DNA from: a virus
Reading direction: 5' to 3' (one strand)
IMG/VR virus record: IMGVR_UViG_3300032307_000723
Location: 32,001 to 96,000 of that record
DNA length: 64,000 nt
The notes beneath the pieces were generated by a model that was given only the letters and a program-made list of their open reading frames with translations, had not been told where the DNA came from and did no database searches. Shown here piece after piece: positions 38,145 to 47,692 of this stretch (position 1 is the stretch's first letter; each line of letters begins with the position of its first letter). Made by a program: the position numbers and the translations under genes.

Positions 38145-38582
38145 ATGAACATCAAGAAAGCGTTAAAAGAGAAAAATAGAATAGTAAAAGAAATCCAAGA
38201 CCTACAACTTAGAGTTGTTACTTATAACTCAATTGAGGTTGGGAATAAGAGACCATATTCTGTTAGAGAATCATTGGAATTACTTAATGAAAAAAGTAAT
38301 GAGTTAGTGGAACTTAAAACAAAAATCCACGTAGCGAACGCACCAATCTATAAACATATTTTTAGATTGTCGGAATTAAAATCTATGATTACAAGAATTA
38401 AAAACTTGGATTGTAATGAAGGGATTGTTCAAGATTACTACTCAAGAAATCGTGAGACACCAACAGTGAAAGAGACGGAAATCTCAATTGTTGAGAGAGA
38501 TGAGATGGTTAAACATATGGAAAACCAAATTGAGGAGATTCAAGATATCTTAGATAATCATAATCAAGTCACTGAAATTTAA
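38145..38582 (+). CDS. Coiled-coil hypothetical protein
   Basis: 145 aa helical ORF. Confidence 0.7.
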   Translation: MNIKKALKEKNRIVKEIQDLQLRVVTYNSIEVGNKRPYSVRESLELLNEKSNELVELKTKIHVANAPIYKHIFRLSELKSMITRIKNLDCNEGIVQDYYSRNRETPTVKETEISIVERDEMVKHMENQIEEIQDILDNHNQVTEI

Positions 38583-38583
38583 T

Positions 38584-38772
38584 ATGTGTGGTGATGTTGA
38601 ATTTGACAAATGTGATTTTTGCCATGAAGAGAAACCGGTTGAGAGAACTTATCTAAGACCAACCAAATATGTTAAGCCGGAAACCCCTGAGGAATATTTG
38701 AAGTTGTATAACGAAGGTGGATATTTCATCATCGTTAAAACTTGTTTCGAGTGTGGGGTTCCTAAAGTATAG
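38584..38772 (+). CDS. Small zinc-ribbon protein
   Basis: CDFC...CFECG. Confidence 0.6.
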   Translation: MCGDVEFDKCDFCHEEKPVERTYLRPTKYVKPETPEEYLKLYNEGGYFIIVKTCFECGVPKV

Positions 38773-39004
38773 TTCAGTGTCCGGAAGGGATTTAATGTAA
38801 TGTAATATTGACTATCAATATTAAACATACAGACAATTATGGAGCATCGACGTTTTGATGATGATAAAGTATTCAAGCCTCAAGATTCAGCAGTTCAACA
38901 TTAGTTTATCAAACCTTAAAACTCTTTTTAACTTACTTATTGAACTTCCAACCTGACTATAACTTAACCCTCGAGAAATCGGGGGTTTTGTATATTTATA
39001 TGTT

Positions 39005-39406
39005 ATGAAAGTATGTTTAAAAGGTATGAAGAGCTTTCCTGTTGAAGGTGGGGAAGAATTAGTTAAGAGTTTCTGTGAGTTTTTACAATCACAAGTACCT
39101 CTGACTAATGATATTACCGTAGAATTTTTAGATACTCGACAAGGGTCAATGACCACAGGTGTTAGATATCCTGGTAATAAGATTCAGGTTTTATCTTCCG
39201 GTCGATTACCAATTGATGTATTGAGAACTTTATCTCATGAATGGATACACGAATTCCAAACTCAAAAACTTGGGGTTGATGATAGTAAACCGATTCAAGA
39301 TATTGGAGGACCTGAAGAAAATATGTGTAATGTTCTAACAGGTATCTTTATCAAACAATTTGAACAAAATAATTCTGAATTTGAAGGTATATTATACAAT
39401 GAATAA
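39005..39406 (+). CDS. HExxH zincin-like metallopeptidase domain protein
   Basis: LRTLSHEWIHEFQ. Confidence 0.65.
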   Translation: MKVCLKGMKSFPVEGGEELVKSFCEFLQSQVPLTNDITVEFLDTRQGSMTTGVRYPGNKIQVLSSGRLPIDVLRTLSHEWIHEFQTQKLGVDDSKPIQDIGGPEENMCNVLTGIFIKQFEQNNSEFEGILYNE

Positions 39407-39407
39407 T

Positions 39408-40577
39408 TTATTCTTCGGGTTTGTATCTTCTTGAAATCGAATGAGTCCAAGTTTTAGTAGTACCACCATCCGGATTTGATGAAACCAAATTGTCAATAAT
39501 TTTAGGGTCAGACATTGATTTGAAAAATTCATTATCTCGATATTGATTGTAACTAAAAGTGATTCTTTTTAATCTTGGGTATCTTTTTACTGATAAATCA
39601 TCTGATTGTTTTTTAAACAACCAATATGGTATTTTAAAATATTGAAACCCTTCTTTACCTTCTACCGGACCTAATATTTCTACTTGTGATTTTGGTAATT
39701 TAACTTTATGTATTTTTATATTGTAAGGGTCGGCACCATCCATATAGATACCTTTACCTGTTAAAATCTCTTTAACATTTAATAATTCAATCATTTTATC
39801 TGTTTCATCATAAATGGTGTAAGCTCCAATTATTGATTTATCATCAGGATTATAAACATTTTTATAAAAGTCAGGAGTTATTTCCTTAGGTTCGTCAATT
39901 GATTCTTCCTCTTGTTCTCTAATTTCTTCATCATTAGATGTGTCATTCCAATCAATTGTATTGTCTTCATTGTCAGACATTTTAGGTGGGATTGGTGGGT
40001 TTAATAAAAATTTATCATTAACCCATTTTCGCAATTCATTTTCAACGAAGTATTCAGGTACCTCTTCATCATCCGGTTTTTCACTTGCAACATTTGCAAT
40101 GTGTTTGGCGAACTTAACTTTATACCTATCGTCTAACATTGTCATTAGTCCGTCTGATATAAAAAATATTTTAGTTAGAGGGTCTGATAAATTAATTTCA
40201 CCTTCTGCAATTTTGAAAGATTTTAGAATTGCTTTGCCCCAAAATGTTTTATAGTTATCTGTTTCAACTAAACTTGGTGCTAGTATTTTATTTGCTGCTC
40301 GTACTGCTCCTGCGATTGCACCTGCAATAAATAATTGTGGTACGAACCAAGGGAGTAAACGTATAGTTGCTTTCACACCACCCTCACCAACGTGTTTGAA
40401 TATTCTTCTCTTAGTAGCACTATCAACTAAAGCTTTAAGTTGTCCAAATGTAATTTTACCTTGTGCTTTACAGAACTTTTCACTATCACAAATATTCTTG
40501 ACAGCGGTTTTAGATGGTTCCACATCTTCTATAATTCTTTGGAGTTGAGACTCACTTACAATATAATTTTTATTCAT
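39408..40577 (-). CDS. IVSE-leader hypothetical protein
   Basis: MNKNYIVSESQLQRIIE leader; TATTTAT at 40582-40588 (minus). Confidence 0.75.
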   Translation of the reverse strand: MNKNYIVSESQLQRIIEDVEPSKTAVKNICDSEKFCKAQGKITFGQLKALVDSATKRRIFKHVGEGGVKATIRLLPWFVPQLFIAGAIAGAVRAANKILAPSLVETDNYKTFWGKAILKSFKIAEGEINLSDPLTKIFFISDGLMTMLDDRYKVKFAKHIANVASEKPDDEEVPEYFVENELRKWVNDKFLLNPPIPPKMSDNEDNTIDWNDTSNDEEIREQEEESIDEPKEITPDFYKNVYNPDDKSIIGAYTIYDETDKMIELLNVKEILTGKGIYMDGADPYNIKIHKVKLPKSQVEILGPVEGKEGFQYFKIPYWLFKKQSDDLSVKRYPRLKRITFSYNQYRDNEFFKSMSDPKIIDNLVSSNPDGGTTKTWTHSISRRYKPEE

Positions 40578-40656
40578 AACAATAAATATAACTCATGATG
40601 GTATTGGTAAATCAAATTTTAATTCATATCTTTGTATCCAATATTAATACAATTAT

Positions 40657-41550
40657 ATGTCAAGATTAGATAAACTTAAAGAACAACATCCGGAACTAAA
40701 TATGTCGGTTATGGATGTATTAGGTAAAATAGACCCTACAAACACTTACAAATATATGGAATTCTTGATTAAGAAATTCAAAGAGTTCTATTCTGAATAC
40801 GATGATTGGTCAATTGGATTAGGGATTGAAATGATGGGTAGTGATAATATGGATGCGTTGAATGAGTTTGAAAGGCACGCCAAGGCAAATAGAATCACCA
40901 ATCCGGATATTAGTCAATATAAAGATTTTAATCAAATCAATGACGCAGTTAAAGAAGCTGAGGAAAAAGTTAGATTGAAGGAACTTGAGAAACAAGTTAT
41001 CAAACTTTATGATGATGATGAATGGTCTGTTGTTATTCCATTGAGTTATGAGGCGTCTAAAACATATGGTGCCAATACTAAATGGTGTACTACACAAGAA
41101 AGATATTGGAATGACTATTACAAGACATATAAGTTAATCTACATTCAAAATAAAAAGACGAATGAGAAATACGCAGTTTCAAGACATTGGGAGGATAATA
41201 AAAAAGTTCAGGCTTGGATGTCTAATGACAATGAAACAAGTCCAATGTTACTTCCACTACCAATTGAGGTTATGAGTGTTATTCTTTGTGAGGTTAATAA
41301 GACAGATACTATATTTGAACTTCAATCTAAACATAACATTGTTGAAGGTACTAAATCTAAAAAAGAGGGTAGACCTGATTATTTTGATGTAGATTCTTAT
41401 GACAACCAATATAGTCGTAATGACGTGGAAATGGAAGCACTACGACGTAACATTTATGCTCCTTATGTATCAAATAATAGTTGGGGGTTTGAGAATAATG
41501 ATGGTTTAAGTATGAGAGATATAATAAGGAGATTAACCACTACTGATTAA
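40657..41550 (+). CDS. GxxTxWCT-domain protein
   Basis: ASKTYGANTKWCTT...YWNDY...LIYI. Confidence 0.75.
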   Translation: MSRLDKLKEQHPELNMSVMDVLGKIDPTNTYKYMEFLIKKFKEFYSEYDDWSIGLGIEMMGSDNMDALNEFERHAKANRITNPDISQYKDFNQINDAVKEAEEKVRLKELEKQVIKLYDDDEWSVVIPLSYEASKTYGANTKWCTTQERYWNDYYKTYKLIYIQNKKTNEKYAVSRHWEDNKKVQAWMSNDNETSPMLLPLPIEVMSVILCEVNKTDTIFELQSKHNIVEGTKSKKEGRPDYFDVDSYDNQYSRNDVEMEALRRNIYAPYVSNNSWGFENNDGLSMRDIIRRLTTTD

Positions 41551-41562
41551 AAAAATATAGAT

Positions 41563-42156
41563 ATGGGATGTGATATACATTTGTTTAGTGAAAAGAAAAA
41601 AAGCGTAAATGGTGTTGAAAAATGGGTCAATGCTGACCATTGGACGATAAACCCTTATTTTGGGACTGACGAATATGAGTCAGAGTTAGAGTTAGTGTCA
41701 ATATATCGTAATAGAAATTACAATTTATTTAATATTCTTGCTGAGGTTAGAGGTAATGGACCTTCGATATCCCAACCAAGAGGATTACCGGATGATGTCT
41801 CAGATGTTGTGAAAAAAGAATCAGACCGATGGGATGGTGATGGACATAGTCATAGTTATTTTACACTTGCTGAGTTGAAAAAATACTATGAAGCTAATTC
41901 CCATACCTCACATAATGGGTTCCTTAGTGAAAGACAAAAAAAGGAATTGGATGAAGATGGTAAGGCACCATACAGTTGGGTTGAATGGTCAGGTCCTGAT
42001 TTGGAATATAGAGAATGGAAAGAGGATTCTCCGTTAAAACAACTTGTTGAAAAGGTAGATGAAAGAATGAGGGATGAGTTTTGGATTAGTAAAGACGATG
42101 AAGACACCTCAAAGTTTGATGAGAAGTTTAGAATTGTGTTTTGGTTTGATAATTAA
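41563..42156 (+). CDS. Hypothetical phage protein
   Basis: MGCDIH...RNYNLFNILAEVR...PRGLPDD...HSHSYFTLAEL. Confidence 0.75.
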   Translation: MGCDIHLFSEKKKSVNGVEKWVNADHWTINPYFGTDEYESELELVSIYRNRNYNLFNILAEVRGNGPSISQPRGLPDDVSDVVKKESDRWDGDGHSHSYFTLAELKKYYEANSHTSHNGFLSERQKKELDEDGKAPYSWVEWSGPDLEYREWKEDSPLKQLVEKVDERMRDEFWISKDDEDTSKFDEKFRIVFWFDN

Positions 42157-42164
42157 AAAAAAAT

Positions 42165-42500
42165 ATGGAAAAAAGATTAGGTAAAATAGAATCTGTGAGT
42201 TTCGGTCTTGGTGGATATCAAGGGGCGATGTTAGGACTTCATGTTACATTAAGTAATGGAGGTTGGGGTGTTGGAGACTCAAACGCTCATTGGGATTCAG
42301 AACAGGTAAAATGGTCAGAAAATACCAAATGGTCTGAGGAAGACCGAGACGGTTGGTATGCTGAAATTATGAGATATGTCTCAAAGTTATTGAAGGATGC
42401 CAAGGTTGATTCAGTTGATAAATTAAAAGGGAAACCGGTTGAGGTTACCTTTGATGGTAATCAATTAAAAGAATGGAGAATATTAACAGAAGTATTATGA
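42165..42500 (+). CDS. Hypothetical phage protein
   Basis: 111 aa ORF. Confidence 0.7.
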   Translation: MEKRLGKIESVSFGLGGYQGAMLGLHVTLSNGGWGVGDSNAHWDSEQVKWSENTKWSEEDRDGWYAEIMRYVSKLLKDAKVDSVDKLKGKPVEVTFDGNQLKEWRILTEVL

Positions 42501-42895
42501 AAAGAGGAATAACTGCCAGTACATTTGATTTACTTCACGCGGGTCATATCCTGATGTTGAAGGAGGCAAAATCGGTTTGTGATTATCTTATTGTTGCGTT
42601 ACAGGTTGACCCGACAATTGATAGACCGGAAAAGAATAAACCAATTCAATCTTATTATGAGAGATGGGTTCAAGTATCTGCGGTTAAATATGTTGATGAG
42701 ATTATCCCATATGCCACTGAAGAAGAATTAAGAACTATATTACAGAACTACGAAATTGATATTAGAATTTTGGGTGATGAATATTACGATAGATATTTCA
42801 CAGGTAATGATTTACAGATGGAATATCACTACAATAAGAGGACACACGGGTATAGTTCAACAGAATTAAGAAAAAGAATAAAAAGTTTGGAGTAA
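42497..42895 (+). CDS. Glycerol-3-phosphate cytidylyltransferase-like (TagD-like)
   Basis: STFDLLHAGH, LIVAL, ER, GDEY, RTHGYSST. Confidence 0.85.
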   Translation: MKRGITASTFDLLHAGHILMLKEAKSVCDYLIVALQVDPTIDRPEKNKPIQSYYERWVQVSAVKYVDEIIPYATEEELRTILQNYEIDIRILGDEYYDRYFTGNDLQMEYHYNKRTHGYSSTELRKRIKSLE

Positions 42896-42917
42896 TCCAA
42901 ACTTTTTTTATATCTTT

Positions 42918-43121
42918 GTGGAAAATAATAATATGTTTTACGATGATTTTGAGGTAGGTGATACTATCGGGTATGATGAGAATTGGGACGGTAGAAAGAC
43001 AGGTAGGATGATAGAGCATGTATTAACTGAAGTGTCTTTGAGAGATATCAAGATATGGGAAAAGGAATATAACGAACATAACATGAGAATAATTAAAAAA
43101 CATAAAGAGGAAAACATATGA
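42918..43121 (+). CDS. Hypothetical protein
   Basis: 67 aa ORF behind TATCTTTG box. Confidence 0.55.
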   Translation: MENNNMFYDDFEVGDTIGYDENWDGRKTGRMIEHVLTEVSLRDIKIWEKEYNEHNMRIIKKHKEENI

Positions 43122-43621
43122 TAGTATTGGGAATTATTTTAGGAGCTATTTTAACCATTTTATTGGCGATTGTTGTTGGTGATTATATTCAAAGTAAAAA
43201 CAGAAAGAATAAATGTAAGAATTGGCAAATTGGGGATAAACTTATTTTAAACCGAGGGGATTATCGTCGTGAATTAGAGAAAAATAATGTTGAATACGCG
43301 ATTCTTAAGGGTTGGTCTTTAACTGATTTATACATTAATTGTGGAGATGACTTTGTTCATAAAGTGTCTTGGAGTTGTTTAGATAATAATAAATCTGCAA
43401 ATTGGAGACAGAACTATGAAGAAGCCAAAAAGGTTATGGGGTGTGACCCTCAATTCCCAAACGGAGTTGGTACTTCTTCAACATCAAAGGGTGACGTTAA
43501 CGGGAAACCAATTGAGGTATTGAGTGAAATTGAGTGTGAGGTTCAACTGAAGTTAGCGATTGAAAAAGAAGACTATACTTTGGCGGACAAACTTAGAAAA
43601 CGATTAGAAAAATTTAGATAA
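43118..43621 (+). CDS. Membrane-anchored protein with C-terminal UVR motif
   Basis: N-terminal TM; LKLAIEKEDYTLADKLRKRLE. Confidence 0.7.
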   Translation: MIVLGIILGAILTILLAIVVGDYIQSKNRKNKCKNWQIGDKLILNRGDYRRELEKNNVEYAILKGWSLTDLYINCGDDFVHKVSWSCLDNNKSANWRQNYEEAKKVMGCDPQFPNGVGTSSTSKGDVNGKPIEVLSEIECEVQLKLAIEKEDYTLADKLRKRLEKFR

Positions 43622-43622
43622 G

Positions 43623-44129
43623 ATGAGAGAGTGGTGTATAGAACAACATAGAAAAACGAATCATATGTATGATGTGTATCTTCCATATGAGTTCCATTTA
43701 AGAATGGTGAACAATGTGTATAAAGACTTTCGACATTTATTGGATGAAGAATTGAATGATTATTGTGGTAAAGCTGTTTGGGGTCATGACTTAATTGAGG
43801 ACTGTAGAGTATCTTATAATGATGTGAAGAACCATTTAGATGAAGGTGCGGCTGATATTATTTACGCAGTTACCAACGACAAAGGTAAGAATCGTAAAGA
43901 GAGAGCCGGTGTGAAATACTATGAAGGAATCCGTAAAACTCCGGGAGCCGTGTTTGTAAAACTATGTGATAGAATTGCGAATGTTCAGTATGGTAAGATG
44001 ACTAAATCTCGTATGTTTGAGATGTATAAAAACGAAAACTCAGATTTTGAACAATATTTAGGTCGTTACACCTCAAACAAGGACCTGGAACCAATGTTTG
44101 TTTATTTAAAAAACCTATTCAATGAGTAA
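43623..44129 (+). CDS. HD-domain hydrolase, RelA/SpoT hydrolase-like (stand-alone)
   Basis: PYEFHL, HDLIEDC, VKLCDRIANV. Confidence 0.75.
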   Translation: MREWCIEQHRKTNHMYDVYLPYEFHLRMVNNVYKDFRHLLDEELNDYCGKAVWGHDLIEDCRVSYNDVKNHLDEGAADIIYAVTNDKGKNRKERAGVKYYEGIRKTPGAVFVKLCDRIANVQYGKMTKSRMFEMYKNENSDFEQYLGRYTSNKDLEPMFVYLKNLFNE

Positions 44130-44634
44130 GATTGTTAAAATATTCAATGAGTTAATTCATCAAAAACTATCATCGCAATTTGGTGAGGTTTTATTGGATT
44201 GTAAGTTAATTGGTAGAAATGGCGGGATTGGTGATTATCGATATGACTTGTTGTTTATTTTTGATAGTGAATATAATAATCCGAGTATACAACTTGAAAG
44301 TGTTTTAAGAACCTGTGACGAGCTATTTGATTGGATTGATTTAAGTTTTAGTACTAACCTCAGTATTGTTATAATGCATAAGTTTGGTAGAAACCAACAT
44401 TATAGTTATTTTGAGTTAATTGATGAGTTATGTAGACGTAATAGTTATTTTTCTTTTCATGAGTCAATGAGACATCCGAGGTATAAAGAGTATCAGGAAT
44501 GGAAACTTAATAAAGAACGTGAAGAAAGAAGAAGAAGTGCTTGGGAGATGGAGATGGGAAGAATAACAAGAAATGATTTAATGCAACAAACAAGAATGAC
44601 CGAATCAAGAAAAAAGAAGTTTTTATTTTGGTAA
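44122..44634 (+). CDS. Hypothetical protein
   Basis: 170 aa ORF. Confidence 0.6.
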   Translation: MSKIVKIFNELIHQKLSSQFGEVLLDCKLIGRNGGIGDYRYDLLFIFDSEYNNPSIQLESVLRTCDELFDWIDLSFSTNLSIVIMHKFGRNQHYSYFELIDELCRRNSYFSFHESMRHPRYKEYQEWKLNKEREERRRSAWEMEMGRITRNDLMQQTRMTESRKKKFLFW

Positions 44635-44673
44635 ATCAAAATAAAGGATTATCTTTGTTGAAAATAAATTGAT

Positions 44674-45405
44674 ATGTTTAAATTTTACGAAGTCGGAGGG
44701 AAAGTTAGGGATGAGATTTTAGGTCTTGAGTCTAAGGATGTGGATTATGTTGCGGTTCCAAGTGACAAATTACTTCAGGACTTTGACACTGCGGAATCAA
44801 TGTTCTCAATGTTGGAACAATATTTAAGAGATGAGAAGTTTGAAATCTTTTTAGTTACCGCAGATTGTTTTACAATTAGAGCTAAGTTCCCAAAAGACCA
44901 CAAGTATAGTGGTGTCGCAGACTTTGTTATGGCTCGAAAAGAGATTGGATATATCGAAGGTACAAGAACACCAATCGTTAAACCGGGGACATTATATGAT
45001 GACCTTGAGAGAAGGGATTTTACCTTGAATGCATTGGCAAAAGATGAAGATGGGAAAATCATCGACTTCTTCAACGGACTTGAAGATTTGAAGAATAAGT
45101 ATTTGATAACTCCATTACCAATTCATCAGACATTTAATGACGACCCTCTTAGAATTTTGAGGGCAATTAGATTCTCAATTACAAAAGGATTTACAATTCC
45201 TATGAGAATGGCACTTGTCATAGAATCGTACAACTACGATGAAAAGATGGGTGTTGTTTCAACAGAAAGAATTAGAGAGGAATTATTCAAGTGTTTTAAA
45301 CATGACACTTTGGAAACATTAAAAGTTCTTAATGAATTTCCATTACTGAAAAATTACATCTTCAAGGATAAAGGATTATGGTTAAAACCAACAATGGAGC
45401 AATAA
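44674..45405 (+). CDS. tRNA nucleotidyltransferase / poly(A) polymerase family (CCA-adding-like, compact)
   Basis: VGGKVRD, KDVDY, DLERRDFTLNA, FNDDPLRILRAIRF, ERIREE. Confidence 0.88.
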   Translation: MFKFYEVGGKVRDEILGLESKDVDYVAVPSDKLLQDFDTAESMFSMLEQYLRDEKFEIFLVTADCFTIRAKFPKDHKYSGVADFVMARKEIGYIEGTRTPIVKPGTLYDDLERRDFTLNALAKDEDGKIIDFFNGLEDLKNKYLITPLPIHQTFNDDPLRILRAIRFSITKGFTIPMRMALVIESYNYDEKMGVVSTERIREELFKCFKHDTLETLKVLNEFPLLKNYIFKDKGLWLKPTMEQ

Positions 45406-45418
45406 AAATAAATAAGAT

Positions 45419-46174
45419 ATGAAATCAATAGAACAATCAATCCAAGAAATTAAAGACTTTAATTTCTTGGATTCATCACAAGAACAAATAGAGAAAATTC
45501 TCCCAACATTTGGTATGAATAATGAACAGACTTTTGAAATGCCCATGGAATTTGAAAAATACATGGGGTGGGGAATAAAGTTTTGGCAATACCCAAATCA
45601 ATTGAGTAAATTTATAGAGTTTATAAAAGGTAAGGAAATAAATTCTTATCTTGAAATTGGGGCTAGATGGGGTGGTACATTTATATTAATCAGTGAGGTT
45701 TTACGTCAAACTAATCCACATATCGCAGCTTTTGCAAATGACTTCATAGAACCATCTGAAATATTACATACTTACCAACATAAATTTGATTCAAATAGAT
45801 TTACTTACTTACAAAAGAATTCTAATGATATAGGTCTTTATGAAGATTTAAGTTCAATGGTTATGAAACCTAATCCACAAGTAGATATGGTTTTTATTGA
45901 TGGTTGTCATTTATATTGGTGTGTAAAAGAAGATTATCAGAGAGCATTAAATTTTGGTGCAAAATATATAATATTTCATGATATTGTTAGTCAATCTAGC
46001 CCGGCAACCAAAGCGGCTTGGGATGATATTAAAAAGAAACATAAAAAAACATTTGAATTTACTGACCAATATGATTCAGTTAAGGGTAAATACTTAGGTA
46101 TTGGGGTTATTGAAGTAACTAAAGAAGATGATTGTTTTCCATTTTATAAAGAATATTATCCACATTTATTTTAA
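45419..46174 (+). CDS. Class I SAM-dependent methyltransferase (glycan/small-molecule type)
   Basis: YLEIGARWGG, DMVFIDGCHLY, IFHDI. Confidence 0.78.
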   Translation: MKSIEQSIQEIKDFNFLDSSQEQIEKILPTFGMNNEQTFEMPMEFEKYMGWGIKFWQYPNQLSKFIEFIKGKEINSYLEIGARWGGTFILISEVLRQTNPHIAAFANDFIEPSEILHTYQHKFDSNRFTYLQKNSNDIGLYEDLSSMVMKPNPQVDMVFIDGCHLYWCVKEDYQRALNFGAKYIIFHDIVSQSSPATKAAWDDIKKKHKKTFEFTDQYDSVKGKYLGIGVIEVTKEDDCFPFYKEYYPHLF

Positions 46175-46232
46175 CATTAGCTGAGTGGTTTAATAAATAA
46201 AAAATGATTACATTTGTATTATAAAAAAAAAT

Positions 46233-46439
46233 ATGGAAGAAAAATTTGGGGCGTTTATGTTAATGGTATTAATGTTGGTCGTGTTAGGAATTTTAATGGC
46301 TTGGCCTGTTCAAATATTGTGGAACTTATGTTTGATTCATGCAATTGATGGATTAAATCCAATTACCTTTTGGCAAGCATTAGGGATTAACATATTATGT
46401 TCTATTTTATTTAAAAATTCAACAACTTCAAAAGATTAG
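46233..46439 (+). CDS. Small membrane protein
   Basis: Hydrophobic; ITFWQALG motif. Confidence 0.7.
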   Translation: MEEKFGAFMLMVLMLVVLGILMAWPVQILWNLCLIHAIDGLNPITFWQALGINILCSILFKNSTTSKD

Positions 46440-46444
46440 GAATT

Positions 46445-46894
46445 ATGAAAAGAATATACTTAGATGATGTAAGAACTCCAATCGATAAAGATTGGGTTGT
46501 TGTGAGAAGTTACGAAGAGTTTGTTGAGAAAGTTAATGAGATTGGTTTGCATAATATTGAAACCATTTCATTGGACCATGACTTGGGTGATACTGCGATG
46601 AAAGAATATTTCGACAATGTATCTCCAAACTATACCTTGGACTATAATAACATTCACGAGAAGACCGGATATGATGCAATAAAATTCTTAGTATCATTAT
46701 TCTACAATACTAATGTGGAAAGATTCAACATGAGTAGAAGAGAAAGAAAGGAACATGAGTTTATTTTTCCAAAAGTATATGTTCACTCAGCCAATCCAAT
46801 TGGGTCAGCAAACATTATTGGGTATTGTAATAATTTCTTGATGAATGAAGGACAAGACCAAACCTGTGTAAGAGTAAAAATAGAACATACATAA
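46445..46894 (+). CDS. Cyclic-phosphate-processing receiver-like domain protein
   Basis: IYLDDVR.P, ISLDHDLG, TGYD, VHSANPIG. Confidence 0.7.
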   Translation: MKRIYLDDVRTPIDKDWVVVRSYEEFVEKVNEIGLHNIETISLDHDLGDTAMKEYFDNVSPNYTLDYNNIHEKTGYDAIKFLVSLFYNTNVERFNMSRRERKEHEFIFPKVYVHSANPIGSANIIGYCNNFLMNEGQDQTCVRVKIEHT

Positions 46895-46895
46895 T

Positions 46896-47276
46896 ATGAA
46901 AGGAAGATTAAATAAATTAGCGAAAGGATGGGTTGTAGAATATATTTTACCGGGACCACCATTTGTTGGAGAATTACCATTATTAATGGATGAAACAACA
47001 TTTCCAAAGGACAGAGAATTATTTGTTGTTGGTAGTGAGGTTAGTTTCAAAATCGTTGAACAGTGGGAGGTTGGTGACTTCGATATGGAAGGTATTGTTG
47101 AATATGCTGAGATTGTACCGGAAGTTAAGGAAGAAGAACCTTATGACTATTGGAAAGAAAGATGTTTGGCAGCGGAGAAGTTTATTGACTTATCTCCTTG
47201 TGACCCTGATATTTACGATGACCAATTAATCGCTCATGGTGAATGGGTTGCAATAAAAAACAAACAAACAAATTAA
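46896..47276 (+). CDS. Hypothetical protein
   Basis: 126 aa ORF. Confidence 0.65.
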   Translation: MKGRLNKLAKGWVVEYILPGPPFVGELPLLMDETTFPKDRELFVVGSEVSFKIVEQWEVGDFDMEGIVEYAEIVPEVKEEEPYDYWKERCLAAEKFIDLSPCDPDIYDDQLIAHGEWVAIKNKQTN

Positions 47277-47663
47277 ATGGAGAATTTTAAAAAGTATTTC
47301 GAGTTCGGTGGAACTATCTCAGGGTTAAATTATTTCTTGAGACAATTATTAACATCATTAGTCGCTTTTATTGGTGGATTTACCCTAGGGTATGGTATGG
47401 GAAGTGATAGTATAGGGTTGATTACATTAGGTATGGTGATATTATCACCGGCTGTGTGGATGTCATTCGCAACTATCTATAAAAGATGTGAGGCGTTATT
47501 TCCCGGACAAGCATCATCATATACTTCAGGTATTGTAATTTTACAGGTGTTAAGTCAATTTATGGGAGAAACCGCCTTGAGTGGATTAACATCACTAATA
47601 TTACTCGTTATTGGGTTGTATTTAATATTCAAGAATTCAAATATTGTTGAACATAACGGATAA
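47277..47663 (+). CDS. DUF805-like membrane protein
   Basis: FEFGGTISGLNYFL, several TM helices, KRC motif. Confidence 0.65.
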   Translation: MENFKKYFEFGGTISGLNYFLRQLLTSLVAFIGGFTLGYGMGSDSIGLITLGMVILSPAVWMSFATIYKRCEALFPGQASSYTSGIVILQVLSQFMGETALSGLTSLILLVIGLYLIFKNSNIVEHNG

Positions 47664-47664
47664 C

Positions 47665-47692
47665 AAAAAAGAGGACTTAGTCCTCTTTTTTT
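47665..47692. terminator. Bidirectional terminator
   Basis: A6-GAGGAC/GTCCTC-T7 between convergent genes. Confidence 0.78.
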
